Positions 8,654 to 18,369 of a DNA stretch of 64,000 bases are shown in pieces. The position numbers were made by a program, and so were the translations under genes. The notes under the pieces are model-generated. The model worked only from the letters and a program-made list of their open reading frames with translations. It did no database searches and was not told the origin of the DNA. Numbering within the stretch: the stretch's first letter is position 1; the number at the start of each line of letters is the position of its first letter. The stretch lies in the IMG/VR virus record IMGVR_UViG_3300028654_000001, positions 124,001 to 188,000 of that record; one strand, given 5' to 3'.

Positions 8654-9430
8654 TCATGGATCAACCCCAATCGCGTGCTTGTGCATCGGAGACAGGTTAT
8701 CTTCCTGCTTGCATCGGTTGCAAGATCCCATTGTGAGAACAGCTTTGGTCAACTCCTCGTTAGAGCTATCGACGGTTCCAATCGGGTAACAGAGTCGACT
8801 CTCACCCGCGACAACTACCCCCTCATGAGTCACTGACGGAGTACAGAACCCTGCTAGCCCAATACATGCTCTAGCCCTCAAGAGCTTGATTGCCATAGGC
8901 ATCGACTTGTACGAACGAGTGAGGGATCTGAGGTTGAAGCTACTGGGGGCCGAGCGAGGACTTAATCCCTTGGGGTCAAACGTGGGTCTTGAGGCTCGAC
9001 CGATGGTGGACAAGACTTGAAGTTTGTCCACGTAGGTTATCTTCGGGTGCTCTAACTTCAGAGGCTTGCGTGGGTAGTACCGATCGTCATTAGTGACTTG
9101 AAAAAGGACATGCTTCCAATCATCTCGAAGGAGAGCATCCCTGAGTTCCTTGTTCTCTAGCCAGAGCCCATGAGTCAGAATACTAAGGATCCAACCTCTC
9201 CTAACTACCTGTGAAGCCATCTCGACGAGAAGTGGGTTATCCGTGCACTCCCCTCCTGATAGCATCATCATCACCGGGATCCCAGCCTTGATAACCTCAC
9301 ACTCTGCTCGTTCGGTGAAATCGAGTGCTCGCATGAACGTGTTCATATCCATGTGCTCTCCGGAAGGGAGAGCATCCTCGAGACAGTGGGTGCAGCCCAT
9401 CGAGCAGGAATTTGTTATTTTGATGATCAT
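8654..9430 (-). CDS. radical SAM domain protein
   Basis: CSMGCTHC (CxxxCxxC), LSGGECT motif, C-terminal C...CNRC cluster. Confidence 0.9.
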   Translation of the reverse strand: MIIKITNSCSMGCTHCLEDALPSGEHMDMNTFMRALDFTERAECEVIKAGIPVMMMLSGGECTDNPLLVEMASQVVRRGWILSILTHGLWLENKELRDALLRDDWKHVLFQVTNDDRYYPRKPLKLEHPKITYVDKLQVLSTIGRASRPTFDPKGLSPRSAPSSFNLRSLTRSYKSMPMAIKLLRARACIGLAGFCTPSVTHEGVVVAGESRLCYPIGTVDSSNEELTKAVLTMGSCNRCKQEDNLSPMHKHAIGVDP

Positions 9431-9435
9431 TTAGT

Positions 9436-9464
9436 GGTTTACAGGATAACCCCACCCGTTTCAA
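9436..9464 (-). promoter_or_regulatory. sigma70-like promoter, leaderless variant
   Basis: TTGAAA-N17-TAAACC, ATG 5 nt downstream. Confidence 0.6.
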
Positions 9465-9473
9465 CAAGCAAGA

Positions 9474-9821
9474 TCATTCGGTTTTAGTGGTTGAACGCCT
9501 CTTAACCATATCGATTCTGGCCTGAAGATTGTCAACAAGGGACTTCAACTCTGGGAAGGGGTCAGCTGTCTGCTCTTCTTCGGGAACCGTGGCCATGAAT
9601 CGATTGTACTCTATCACGTGGCCTTCAGTAATGTAGCCTATATCCCCCCAACTCTTGCTCGTTTCCTCCAAGTAGTCACATGCCAATTTGACCGGATGGA
9701 TCATGCTTGCAGCTATCTTGTTGCGCCCCCTTGAAGTCTTTATATTTGACTTAAGAATCTCTAGTGTACGTGGGTTTTTGTACCTAGATAGAAAGGCCTG
9801 AATCGCGACTTCTTGATTCAT
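9474..9821 (-). CDS. hypothetical protein
   Basis: ORF track; CGGTG-TACTCA 8 nt upstream of the ATG. Confidence 0.75.
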   Translation of the reverse strand: MNQEVAIQAFLSRYKNPRTLEILKSNIKTSRGRNKIAASMIHPVKLACDYLEETSKSWGDIGYITEGHVIEYNRFMATVPEEEQTADPFPELKSLVDNLQARIDMVKRRSTTKTE

Positions 9822-9845
9822 GTTAGGGGTGAGTACACCGATTGA

Positions 9846-10370
9846 TTAGTCGTTCTCGAGTATCCGTTCAAAGCGAGTCGGCCTTGGTCCAGTATACGAT
9901 TCAGAAAGCCTATTCGCCGGCATGTTATCAATCAACCGTCTCAAGTACCCCATCATAAACCCTACGGGTACGGTCATCTCGGATCCATTGAATTGGGGAG
10001 TGAGTTCCATGAGCGAGTAGCTTAGTGAAAGTACCCAAGTCAGGATTAGGTCTCCGGTGGTCGGGTGTTCAACATAGGTTGGCAAGGTGTGTTGCACCAC
10101 ATAGAGGGTGCCGTCCTGAGCTCCTGGGTTGTTAGACCACAGGACTAGATCTGCTAACAGACTCTGAACTTGATCTGCTATCACAAACCTTCTACCCTCG
10201 AAGGTCAGGCGGGGTAGCCGAAGGATATTCCCAATAGCGATCTCATGAGTAGTGGATACAGTTAGGTTTCGATTGATCCAAAGCACCTCATGGACCGTAG
10301 ATTCACGGGTGAAGTCTGCCACTTCCGAGTTCTGGCCACTGAGCACCCATAAACGGAGATTGACGGGCAC
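9846..10370 (-). CDS. hypothetical with C-terminal PTRFER tag
   Basis: Ends RPTRFERILEND. Confidence 0.85.
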   Translation of the reverse strand: MPVNLRLWVLSGQNSEVADFTRESTVHEVLWINRNLTVSTTHEIAIGNILRLPRLTFEGRRFVIADQVQSLLADLVLWSNNPGAQDGTLYVVQHTLPTYVEHPTTGDLILTWVLSLSYSLMELTPQFNGSEMTVPVGFMMGYLRRLIDNMPANRLSESYTGPRPTRFERILEND

Positions 10371-10808
10371 TCAATTACTCTTCCCACCGTCAATGACTCT
10401 GAAGGTTCGATGACGGATCCATTCCCTCTTACTCCCGAGTGGAGCTCTCCTGAACTCCCCATTACAGACATGACACTTACTGAACCACGACCTGGTCTTC
10501 AGTGATAGGGTATTGGTCAGAACCCCTTTGCATCCAGGCGCCGGACAGGGAGGCCCCACGATCTCAAAGAGAGGGTAAGGAACCTTCTCGGTGAACTCCT
10601 CCCCGTTGATCGCCGTGTCCGTGTAGTAGAACTCTTGTCCGCACTGAATACACGCATCCAACCTAACTAGCTTGAAGCTCTTTGGGTCTCTTCGAACCAA
10701 CAGAAGTCCAGTTTTACACACTGGGCATACCGATCGAAAGGCACTATCCCCATCAGCTCTTTCGAGCTCAGCGTGGACAACTCTGATGTGAGTCTTGGAA
10801 GGGTTCAC
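10371..10808 (-). CDS. double zinc-ribbon protein ending in FRVIDGGK
   Basis: CPVC..CIQC and CPAPGC..CHVC. Confidence 0.8.
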   Translation of the reverse strand: MNPSKTHIRVVHAELERADGDSAFRSVCPVCKTGLLLVRRDPKSFKLVRLDACIQCGQEFYYTDTAINGEEFTEKVPYPLFEIVGPPCPAPGCKGVLTNTLSLKTRSWFSKCHVCNGEFRRAPLGSKREWIRHRTFRVIDGGKSN

Positions 10809-10922
10809 TTGAGGGACCTCAGGAACTCGTAGATCTTAGTCAACAAGTCCATCTTGACACGGAAGGGTGGTGTTCGGGTTCTGGATGGGCATTAAAGCCC
10901 ACTACACCGAAACCCAATCGGA

Positions 10923-11174
10923 TCAGTTGGGCTTAGCTTCCTCGAATTGAGCGAGGACGGTGGTCAGCTCTCGAAGAGTCCCGTGAGCTTCTTCTGGGGC
11001 CTCTGGGGTTATCCAGTCCTGTAGTGCGGACAGGTGAAGCTTAGCCTTTTCGACTAGGGCTTGCCTGCGGGAACCTTCAGCCTGCGAGGCTTCCATGAGG
11101 AGTTTACTAGCTACATCGGCGTGGACTTCGGCTCTAGCTTGGGCAGGATCAATTGGATTTCTTGTCTGGGTCAT
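10923..11174 (-). CDS. hypothetical helical protein
   Basis: ORF track; 8 nt from the upstream gene. Confidence 0.7.
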   Translation of the reverse strand: MTQTRNPIDPAQARAEVHADVASKLLMEASQAEGSRRQALVEKAKLHLSALQDWITPEAPEEAHGTLRELTTVLAQFEEAKPN

Positions 11175-11182
11175 GATCAGGA

Positions 11183-11635
11183 TTACGTAGCAGCTTCAGT
11201 TTCCTCACCATCTTCGTTTGGTTTTGGTAGTTGTTCCGAGGACACCAACTCCTCAGCAAGATCACTCATGACCTCTTCACCAGTGATATAGGGTCTTCCG
11301 GTGATGTGTCCGATCAGTTCGGCCACAACTACGGCATCAGGGGTTCTAAGACCTAGTTTCTCCCCTACATAGGCCCAATGTAAGAGTTGACCGTTGTTCG
11401 TTATCAAAGCCGAGGGGCGTGGTTCTTGATTCAGTGACGTCACCAACCAACACTTCTCCGAAACCCCCATCAAGTCCTTAGCCCCATCACTAAAACTCGT
11501 GAGTTCCGTGAACATCAAGTCATATTTTGTACCATTTCCCGGACAGTAACTAACAAATGTACAAGCCCCACTTACCTCCTTGCGCTTGATTCCAGACTCA
11601 ACAGTAGGCATAGTTCGAACATCTAATAGTGGCAT
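11183..11635 (-). CDS. hypothetical protein
   Basis: ORF track; TTGAGT-N17-TAAACT lies 8 nt upstream of the ATG. Confidence 0.8.
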   Translation of the reverse strand: MPLLDVRTMPTVESGIKRKEVSGACTFVSYCPGNGTKYDLMFTELTSFSDGAKDLMGVSEKCWLVTSLNQEPRPSALITNNGQLLHWAYVGEKLGLRTPDAVVVAELIGHITGRPYITGEEVMSDLAEELVSSEQLPKPNEDGEETEAAT

Positions 11636-11772
11636 AACTCAAAAGTTTAGCATAAGTCGGTACTTAACTCAAGATCTCTGTGAGTCTATGGTGTACAAGA
11701 TCAGCGGAAATCTTGTCATCCCATCTGAATCTGCCACAGGTGACATAAACCTTTTATAGAAATACACCGAGT

Positions 11773-12420
11773 ATGGATGACCTGAGGATCATCAGCCAAG
11801 TGGCCAAGCGAGTGTCAGCTGCGAGCGTGCCACCTGGAAAGGGCTTCTATACGGGCAAGGACAATACCTTCCACGTGTTCCGAAGTTCAACTCACCTGCA
11901 GGTCCGAGATCTGACCCTCGCCGGCAAACGCGGTAAGACCGTGCCGGAGGTTACGATCATCCTGAACGACAACTACTACAAGGGTGACACTGATGAGTGG
12001 TTCGAGACTGTGATGGAGCAACTGGCCAAGTGTGACACTTGGGCTGATGTCAAGAAGGTGGCCGCTGATGCCAAAGAGGCCGCCCCCGATCACGCAGTAG
12101 TCCTTCACGAGCAGAGTATCAAGGCTATTGAAGTGGCCCCCGCAGGTTCTGAAATCAAGTTCAAGACCCTAGCAGGTGAAGAGATCACAGCTAGTCCTGT
12201 TGAGTTCTACGTCCTACATCGATTTTGGTTTGGTCGAGTTGAGGGTGACCCGAAGAAGCCTGGGTTTGCCCAAGACACTGGCTACTGGTCGAACAACAAG
12301 CAGAGTGCAGCCATATTCTACGCCTACCTGAAGGATAATATGTCCAAGGTAATGAAGATGGGCATCCGCGAGTTACGAGAGCTTTGGAGTGAGCTGAAGG
12401 TCAGCTACCGTTACCACTGA
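11773..12420 (+). CDS. hypothetical with N-terminal MxDLxIIxxVxxRV tag
   Basis: MDDLRIISQVAKRVSAA; 215-aa ORF. Confidence 0.85.
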   Translation: MDDLRIISQVAKRVSAASVPPGKGFYTGKDNTFHVFRSSTHLQVRDLTLAGKRGKTVPEVTIILNDNYYKGDTDEWFETVMEQLAKCDTWADVKKVAADAKEAAPDHAVVLHEQSIKAIEVAPAGSEIKFKTLAGEEITASPVEFYVLHRFWFGRVEGDPKKPGFAQDTGYWSNNKQSAAIFYAYLKDNMSKVMKMGIRELRELWSELKVSYRYH

Positions 12421-12426
12421 GGCCCC

Positions 12427-12705
12427 ATGAACGATCTAACCCTCATTGCTCGAGTTGTGGAACGTGTGGCGGCCGCCAACATGTGGGGTGTTGATGTCCG
12501 AGCCATCAACACGTGGCTGAAGAAGAATGTCACCTTTCCTGCGAAGGTCCTCCAGAACCGGGCAAACGTGGTCGACATCGGGACCGATGTGAAGAACGAC
12601 CTTGGGCCATACTCGGAGGCTTTCCAGAAGGCTTTCCCGGGAACCAAGGTGACTCAACCTGGGATGAAGAACTACCTACGCGTCGTGTTCCCCGTCAACA
12701 GGTGA
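12427..12705 (+). CDS. hypothetical with N-terminal MxDLxIIxRVxxRV tag
   Basis: MNDLTLIARVVERVAAA. Confidence 0.8.
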   Translation: MNDLTLIARVVERVAAANMWGVDVRAINTWLKKNVTFPAKVLQNRANVVDIGTDVKNDLGPYSEAFQKAFPGTKVTQPGMKNYLRVVFPVNR

Positions 12706-12711
12706 GTCTGA

Positions 12712-13698
12712 TCACTTCCAACCCTTTATGTAGTCATGAAATTGTCTGCATAGAGATTGGTGCCACGTCCAGAAAGTGTAGCGTTTGAAGTGCTCAAAAC
12801 CCAGTGCCTTGAAATGAGGTACCACGACATCCTCAACAAGAGCAATCACGTGCCGTCGCCCGAGTGATTTGTAGTAGTTTGCTGACACCTGAATCAACAA
12901 TGACAAGGCCTCAGGGTCTTCTTGAACCATGAAAACACAGAAGGCATTAGTCAGTTCACTTAGATTCAGACCATGGGATGATACTTCCAGCACTGAGTAC
13001 CCAACCAAAGTACCAGAACGGTAAACCAAAAAGAACTCCTGACGACGTTCAAGGCCAATCTTTTTGTAGTCATCAGAGATACAGTTGAAGTACTCTTTGG
13101 TATCCTTCCCTAATAGGGGTAGGGTTTCAGATGAAGAGTGCCTCACCTCCAGACAAGTAGAGGTTGGGACCTCGAAAGTTGGCCCCGATAGTCTCATGCA
13201 GTTGAAGTACTGAACTATGGACAGCTCTGGACGTGATACACTGGCGGCCAATGCCTCGTACAAGCGAGAAACACGTTTGTTCTCATGCCGGTAGGTTGCT
13301 CGTATCCATTCAATATTTGAACTCTGCTCAAAGTACTCGAGCAAGGCTAAGTTCAGCATCAGTGCATGAGAGACCTTCTCCCTCTTATAGGGTCGACTCG
13401 CCATGTGCTGAACCATCCACACCTTGTCATAGACCCGTACTGCAGAGAGGTGAGCATAAATGGAGGATCCACGAGTTACCACCAAACCCTTGAACACATT
13501 GTTCGTGTTCATCAGCTTCGATAGCGTTTTCTTTGCAGATTCGAAGTCGATCGTCTGACGCTTCTGTGGGTAGATGAACCCGGAATTCTCTAAAAAGCTC
13601 CATAGCTTCTCAACAGACATACCACTTAGGTCTCTTATTACCGGTTGTTCAACCTCATTTAGTTGATCACACACTACAGGTTGGGTATTGGTCATCAC
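12712..13698 (-). CDS. tandem GNAT-like acyltransferase-fold protein
   Basis: 328 aa; AHLSAVRVYDKVWMVQHMA and YKSLGRRHVIALVED...HFKALGF resemble myxobacterial GNAT-like domains (from memory). Confidence 0.6.
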   Translation of the reverse strand: MMTNTQPVVCDQLNEVEQPVIRDLSGMSVEKLWSFLENSGFIYPQKRQTIDFESAKKTLSKLMNTNNVFKGLVVTRGSSIYAHLSAVRVYDKVWMVQHMASRPYKREKVSHALMLNLALLEYFEQSSNIEWIRATYRHENKRVSRLYEALAASVSRPELSIVQYFNCMRLSGPTFEVPTSTCLEVRHSSSETLPLLGKDTKEYFNCISDDYKKIGLERRQEFFLVYRSGTLVGYSVLEVSSHGLNLSELTNAFCVFMVQEDPEALSLLIQVSANYYKSLGRRHVIALVEDVVVPHFKALGFEHFKRYTFWTWHQSLCRQFHDYIKGWK

Positions 13699-14129
13699 AC
13701 TTTACCGCCGTTAGTCAGGTCAACATTTAGACTCTCAACCCTAGTGCGAAGCTCTTCAATGGTCGGAACCACTCGTTGTAGGTGCTTCGGCTTTTCAATT
13801 CCGAGTACGTCTCCTATTCGGAGAAGGATATCAAGATCGGCTTTGCAGCGACCCCTCCAATCGAACTGGTCAAGTACAGCTCTTCGGACTTGTTCTCGAT
13901 AGGCCTCCTCCTCGTACTGTTCGATAGTGTAGAGAAGGGCTGCCGTGGAATAGGCATTGTGTTCTACTCCCGGGATGTTGGTCACATCGAATTGCTTTCC
14001 ACCGTTGATGGTCACATACAATCGACCAACCTTGGTGATGGTTGTCTTGACCACGCGCCCTTTGGGATCGTTGGTGTACGTGTCCGTATAGAGGGCTGGC
14101 ATCCCTACTTTCCAATCAGAGAGGGACAT
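13695..14129 (-). CDS. hypothetical beta-barrel protein
   Basis: TITKVGRLYVTI motif common in phage proteins; coupled on both sides. Confidence 0.75.
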   Translation of the reverse strand: MSLSDWKVGMPALYTDTYTNDPKGRVVKTTITKVGRLYVTINGGKQFDVTNIPGVEHNAYSTAALLYTIEQYEEEAYREQVRRAVLDQFDWRGRCKADLDILLRIGDVLGIEKPKHLQRVVPTIEELRTRVESLNVDLTNGGKV

Positions 14130-14500
14130 CAGTTTTCCTTAGCCTCGAGGGCTGTAACGAGAGTGTTCCGAATCGCATCGAAATCCTTGAGTGGGTGAAC
14201 CTTCATGTGTGATTCGAGGATCATTTCGAACGGGGCGTGGTTTGGATCATTCACCCATTTGACGACTGCACTCACCTTGTAGTAAGCCGTCTTGTCCCCC
14301 AGCTTCGTGTATAGATCGATGGTGAGAGGCACCTTATCATGAGTGCCAGTAATGTGGACCACTTCTCGTTCGTCAACGGTAATCCAGAAGTTGTTCAGAA
14401 GTGGTTTGAAGCACTCTCTGGCGGCAATAAGGGTCACGTTAAGAAAGTAGTTCTTAACTATATCTAACAGTGGGAGAGAGTAATCAAGCGGCATTGCCAT
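14129..14500 (-). CDS. hypothetical protein
   Basis: ORF track; coupled. Confidence 0.75.
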   Translation of the reverse strand: MAMPLDYSLPLLDIVKNYFLNVTLIAARECFKPLLNNFWITVDEREVVHITGTHDKVPLTIDLYTKLGDKTAYYKVSAVVKWVNDPNHAPFEMILESHMKVHPLKDFDAIRNTLVTALEAKEN

Positions 14501-14508
14501 AGTAAGTC

Positions 14509-14907
14509 TCAGGGGTTTGGGTTAGTAGTGAGGAGGGCTCGGACATGACGGGCTCGTGTTTCCCAGGCTTCTTCACTCACCCACCTGTGGTGAATGACAG
14601 AAGCCCCAGAGGAAGGCCCGTGCTTGATCTTAGGAGCATCGGCTACTCGCGCTTGTTGCTCCTTTGCATACTTCCTCCACTTGGCCTCAAATAGGGCTAA
14701 GGTAACTTCAACGTCCTTACCCCGAGCTATGCAGGCGTAGGTATCGGCTAGCATACCGTGAATGGGGGCTTCGGCTACATCCGTTCCCGACCATGACTTG
14801 TAAGCAGCGGTCTCAGCATCCCGTTCATAACGAGCAACTTGTAGGAGATACTCAGCATTCGCGGGTGGGGTAACCTCAGGTAGTGCCTCATATTCAGCTT
14901 GATTCAT
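14509..14907 (-). CDS. hypothetical protein
   Basis: ORF track; AAGGAG SD upstream. Confidence 0.8.
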   Translation of the reverse strand: MNQAEYEALPEVTPPANAEYLLQVARYERDAETAAYKSWSGTDVAEAPIHGMLADTYACIARGKDVEVTLALFEAKWRKYAKEQQARVADAPKIKHGPSSGASVIHHRWVSEEAWETRARHVRALLTTNPNP

Positions 14908-14953
14908 GATAGCTCCTTGAGATTACAACCAGGTAATAAGTTCAGTAAGGAAG

Positions 14954-15034
14954 TTATGGGTTTTTGACCGCTTCGGTACCGGTCATTCCATCGAGGGAGA
15001 GCCTCGATTCCCAGCTGTCTTTCCAGCCCGTCAC
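14954..15034 (-). CDS. 26-aa micro-ORF under a class-I promoter
   Basis: GTG 6 nt after the -10 element; MTGWKDSWESRLSLDGMTGTEAVKNP. Confidence 0.35.
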   Translation of the reverse strand: MTGWKDSWESRLSLDGMTGTEAVKNP

Positions 15035-15040
15035 GCCTTA

Positions 15041-15069
15041 ATATTACGGATGAGAGCTCTGAGTCTCAG
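15041..15069 (-). promoter_or_regulatory. class-I promoter motif
   Basis: CTGAGA-N17-TAATAT. Confidence 0.65.
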
Positions 15070-15139
15070 CACTTATTTTGAGAATTAATTACTCTTTCCC
15101 GTCAGGTACTAAATTCAAGTGAGAGTATAAGGATGAGCC

Positions 15140-15415
15140 TCACGCCTCCGGATTTTCGTACAGTTTAGCTTCACCCCACCTGTAATAGCAACGGACTTTT
15201 TTTCCGTCGGAGCCAGCCGAGCACTGAGTTATCTCAGATACCCCAGCTCGTACCTTCTTGACATCACACGGCCCGAACACTTCTCCAGCTATGAACTGAA
15301 TCAAACTTGGGTCAGCCCAAATCGATGCTACACGCATTATCAGGTGCTGGTGCCTTTCACGAAAGGTTGCCATCTCCTTGTGTGTGGGTTTCCTGTACTC
15401 CTCTTCATTTGGCAT
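15140..15415 (-). CDS. hypothetical protein
   Basis: ORF track; AGGAG SD upstream. Confidence 0.75.
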   Translation of the reverse strand: MPNEEEYRKPTHKEMATFRERHQHLIMRVASIWADPSLIQFIAGEVFGPCDVKKVRAGVSEITQCSAGSDGKKVRCYYRWGEAKLYENPEA

Positions 15416-15446
15416 AGATTGTCTCCTAAGTTCAGATACTTGGGTC

Positions 15447-15776
15447 TCACCAACAAGAACTTGATAGTGCGTCCCCTTTCCACCATATCGGGCTCTGGTG
15501 ACGACGGTTGAATAGAATGCTGTCTTGCACTTTACCGTCGATCACTGTCGAATTCGGCCAGTACTCCTTGAGCACCGCTTCAGCCTCCTCAAGGGTGGTG
15601 TTCTGCAAGGGAATGTAGGCTACCACCGAGACGTGCCCCAACCCGTGAGCCTCCTCCCACCAAGGTCCAAGGGGTGGAGTCTTGACCGGACGGGAATCAT
15701 AACCCTTCACTTCAAGTTCGAAGCACACCCAGTTACGCCCAGGAATGCAACTCTCAGCAGTACTGCAGATGTTCAT
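15447..15776 (-). CDS. hypothetical protein
   Basis: ORF track; ATGA coupling. Confidence 0.75.
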   Translation of the reverse strand: MNICSTAESCIPGRNWVCFELEVKGYDSRPVKTPPLGPWWEEAHGLGHVSVVAYIPLQNTTLEEAEAVLKEYWPNSTVIDGKVQDSILFNRRHQSPIWWKGDALSSSCW

Positions 15777-16228
15777 TGTACCTCAAGTTTCTTACCTCGA
15801 AACCATAGATCATCGACCACTCGTTCTGAGTGCGGGTGCCTGCCAGAGATCAGCTTCAAGTGGTAGTAGAGCTCTTCACCCATGGTAGTGATGTCGACAA
15901 GCTCCCAGACTCGAGGTCCATCCTTCCACCGGGACTTCAGCTCAGGTTCAGGTATCGGTTGGACTTCCTCAACCCCTTGGATGAGAGGGGCCACTACCTT
16001 AAGTCGATGCTCCAGAGTCCTTTGGAGGTCTTGGAACGCTTTGGACTTCAGCTCTTGGTAGAGTTCACTGGCGGTGAAGGCCTCCTCACTCTCAAAGGCC
16101 TCCTCACTCTTGGTGTACCAGTTTGCGAAACCCGTCTCGCCATTCCAGTAAACTGCAACAGCAACCTCTGACTTACCAACGAATTGAGAGAAGGAGACCT
16201 CCTCGAGTCGAAGTTGGCGGAGGTTCAT
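15773..16228 (-). CDS. hypothetical protein
   Basis: ORF track; ATGA coupling. Confidence 0.75.
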   Translation of the reverse strand: MNLRQLRLEEVSFSQFVGKSEVAVAVYWNGETGFANWYTKSEEAFESEEAFTASELYQELKSKAFQDLQRTLEHRLKVVAPLIQGVEEVQPIPEPELKSRWKDGPRVWELVDITTMGEELYYHLKLISGRHPHSERVVDDLWFRGKKLEVQ

Positions 16229-16611
16229 GAGGCCACCGCCTTATCTGAAGAATCATACCACTCCTCTTCTTCATCCTCCCATTTGGTGAGTAGATCGTTT
16301 GGATCTTTCATCCAACCCAGTAGCTCAGCAATCTGTTTGAGAGTCTGAGGACCTGACTTGAAGTTCCCTCTGCGTGTGATTCCTTTCGTGAACCACCGGC
16401 CGATGAACTGATCTAGGGAGGATGCATTCTCCACTTCGTACAGAATGAAGTGAGCATAAGATCCATCCTCGAGCCGCCAACTGAGTGCTGACCGGGGAAG
16501 GGGTAACTTTGAGTAGAACTTACTCGCAGCTTCCTCGATAGTCTCGGCCTGTACTTCAACCCATGGGGAAGCACTCGGCTTGATACTGCGACATTTGAAT
16601 ACTTCAGACAT
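16225..16611 (-). CDS. hypothetical protein
   Basis: ORF track; coupled. Confidence 0.75.
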   Translation of the reverse strand: MSEVFKCRSIKPSASPWVEVQAETIEEAASKFYSKLPLPRSALSWRLEDGSYAHFILYEVENASSLDQFIGRWFTKGITRRGNFKSGPQTLKQIAELLGWMKDPNDLLTKWEDEEEEWYDSSDKAVAS

Positions 16612-16618
16612 GAGGTTT

Positions 16619-16936
16619 CTATTGAACGACAGCGGGTGCCTTCAAGAACTCGATTTCGATGTTCTCGGTGGGGTCCCCATTGTGAAAGCGAGTGAATGGA
16701 TCTGACAGCCGATTGATATGCCGAGCATTGAGGGAAAAGGTGTACTGACCGTAGAATCCACGACCTACCCGAACCTTGAAGGATACCCGAACCTGATGGC
16801 TGTAGTCGGCGCCTAGCGGCCTGACCTCGGTTACCTCAAGAGTGGTACCCTTGGTGATCCCAAAGGCCTTGCACCCCTTGCGGACGTAGACAATGCAACC
16901 AGGGATAATCGTAGGGGAGGTGGTTGAAGTGGTCAT
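16619..16936 (-). CDS. hypothetical SH3-like protein, leaderless
   Basis: ATG 5 nt after the class-I -10 element. Confidence 0.8.
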   Translation of the reverse strand: MTTSTTSPTIIPGCIVYVRKGCKAFGITKGTTLEVTEVRPLGADYSHQVRVSFKVRVGRGFYGQYTFSLNARHINRLSDPFTRFHNGDPTENIEIEFLKAPAVVQ

Positions 16937-16941
16937 GCTCA

Positions 16942-16970
16942 ATACTACGTGTGAGAGGTTAGGATCTCAC
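16942..16970 (-). promoter_or_regulatory. class-I promoter motif
   Basis: GTGAGA-N17-TAGTAT-N5-ATG. Confidence 0.8.
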
Positions 16971-16987
16971 CAATTTATTGATTAACG

Positions 16988-17350
16988 TTAGTGGATGTTG
17001 TACTTTCTGTTGTTTTCACGCCATTCTACCCAATCTCCGTAGGTGGTGACATAGAACTTGTTGGCCGGTATATCATAGATTACCGTGGAAACATAGGGAT
17101 CTCCCATGTTGACGTAGTAGGCAACAGCTTCCCGGTGCTCCCCACCGTTGATCGTCTCTACCCCATGTCCCATGAGCCGGTTGTTGGCGAGCTGCATGGT
17201 CTCATCAGCGGCCAGGTCCGTGTGAAGGTTTATAGCCTTCTGGAAAGCTTCAGCCAATCCTTCAAGGGTCACTCGATCATCATGCCGAATTGCTTCAGCA
17301 AAAGCAGTTTGAAGGTTCTTCCGGTTGGCTATTGGAGATGGGCTAGGCAT
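16988..17350 (-). CDS. hypothetical phage protein
   Basis: GVETI...YYVNMGDPYVSTVIYD; SD upstream. Confidence 0.8.
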   Translation of the reverse strand: MPSPSPIANRKNLQTAFAEAIRHDDRVTLEGLAEAFQKAINLHTDLAADETMQLANNRLMGHGVETINGGEHREAVAYYVNMGDPYVSTVIYDIPANKFYVTTYGDWVEWRENNRKYNIH

Positions 17351-17385
17351 TAGGTGCTTCCTTTGTCAGTGCTCAACAACTTCTG

Positions 17386-17763
17386 TTACCCGTCCCGATC
17401 CATGTCCTCAGCGAGGGACTCTACCCGCTGTGCTTGCAGATTTGACTCGAGGGTGACCAGCTTCTCATCGTCGACGGTGTGCCATCGGAAGTACTTGTGC
17501 TGCTCAGGGTCGAGGGTGACATTCTCGAGCCCACAGATCGGAGTGAGACGGTCACCGTGCTTCTTGAAGATACCCCCGCGGCCCCAGCTCTCCACCAATC
17601 GGTCACCTTGATTCATTCGCTCAACAACCCACAACCGTGCCCTAAAGGACGTCGGGAATGGGCCGACCATGGTGTACTGCTCCTCATCAGGTTGGGGAAC
17701 CTTCGAGATGAAGTACTTGTTGTCGATGGTGAATCCAAGGTAGTTGTTCATGACTGCAGACAC
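17386..17763 (-). CDS. hypothetical protein
   Basis: ORF track. Confidence 0.75.
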   Translation of the reverse strand: MSAVMNNYLGFTIDNKYFISKVPQPDEEQYTMVGPFPTSFRARLWVVERMNQGDRLVESWGRGGIFKKHGDRLTPICGLENVTLDPEQHKYFRWHTVDDEKLVTLESNLQAQRVESLAEDMDRDG

Positions 17764-18056
17764 TTCCGCTGGTACTCCTCAAAGAGGGGCTTCAGAGCTT
17801 CATTGGTTTGATTGATGGCTTCGATTCGATCTCGGTTTCGGTCCTCTGGGTAGCAGTTGACTAAGAACCACTCTGGATCGGCCCAGAACTTCCCACCCTC
17901 ACCAAGCAAACCCATGAACCTGAACTCAGTCGAGTTCCACTTCCGGTCACTCCTCGCCACTTGAGTGAAGTATTCGATGAAGTCCTCACGTCTACCAGGG
18001 GGAGCTTCCGCGAGCTTCTCTAGGACGTCGTAGACACGAGCAAAGAGGTCTTTCAT
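17748..18056 (-). CDS. hypothetical phage protein
   Basis: TEFRFMGLLGEGGKFW motif; coupled. Confidence 0.8.
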   Translation of the reverse strand: MKDLFARVYDVLEKLAEAPPGRREDFIEYFTQVARSDRKWNSTEFRFMGLLGEGGKFWADPEWFLVNCYPEDRNRDRIEAINQTNEALKPLFEEYQRKCLQS

Positions 18057-18367
18057 TGATTACCCTCAGCAGTAACTTTCTTGGGTTTGGCAAACCGATC
18101 AAAGGAATCGACTACGTTGCCATCAGAACCAGTTATCGAGTATCGGCTAAGTCTCGAGTGGGTTTTGAGGCCGTGCTCATCCATCCAAGAGGTTAGTTCT
18201 TCAACGGTGGACCCTCGAGCAATTATCTCTTCGGTGCCACCATAAATTCCGATCCACCCAATGGTCATGAACTCTGGTGCTCTCAGCACCATCTCGAGTT
18301 TGAAGGGGAGACTAGGATCATCCTCGTGATCACTTTCACCTGTGTGCTTGATGAGTTTTACGGTCAT
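18053..18367 (-). CDS. hypothetical protein
   Basis: ORF track; coupled. Confidence 0.75.
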   Translation of the reverse strand: MTVKLIKHTGESDHEDDPSLPFKLEMVLRAPEFMTIGWIGIYGGTEEIIARGSTVEELTSWMDEHGLKTHSRLSRYSITGSDGNVVDSFDRFAKPKKVTAEGNQ

Positions 18368-18369
18368 GA

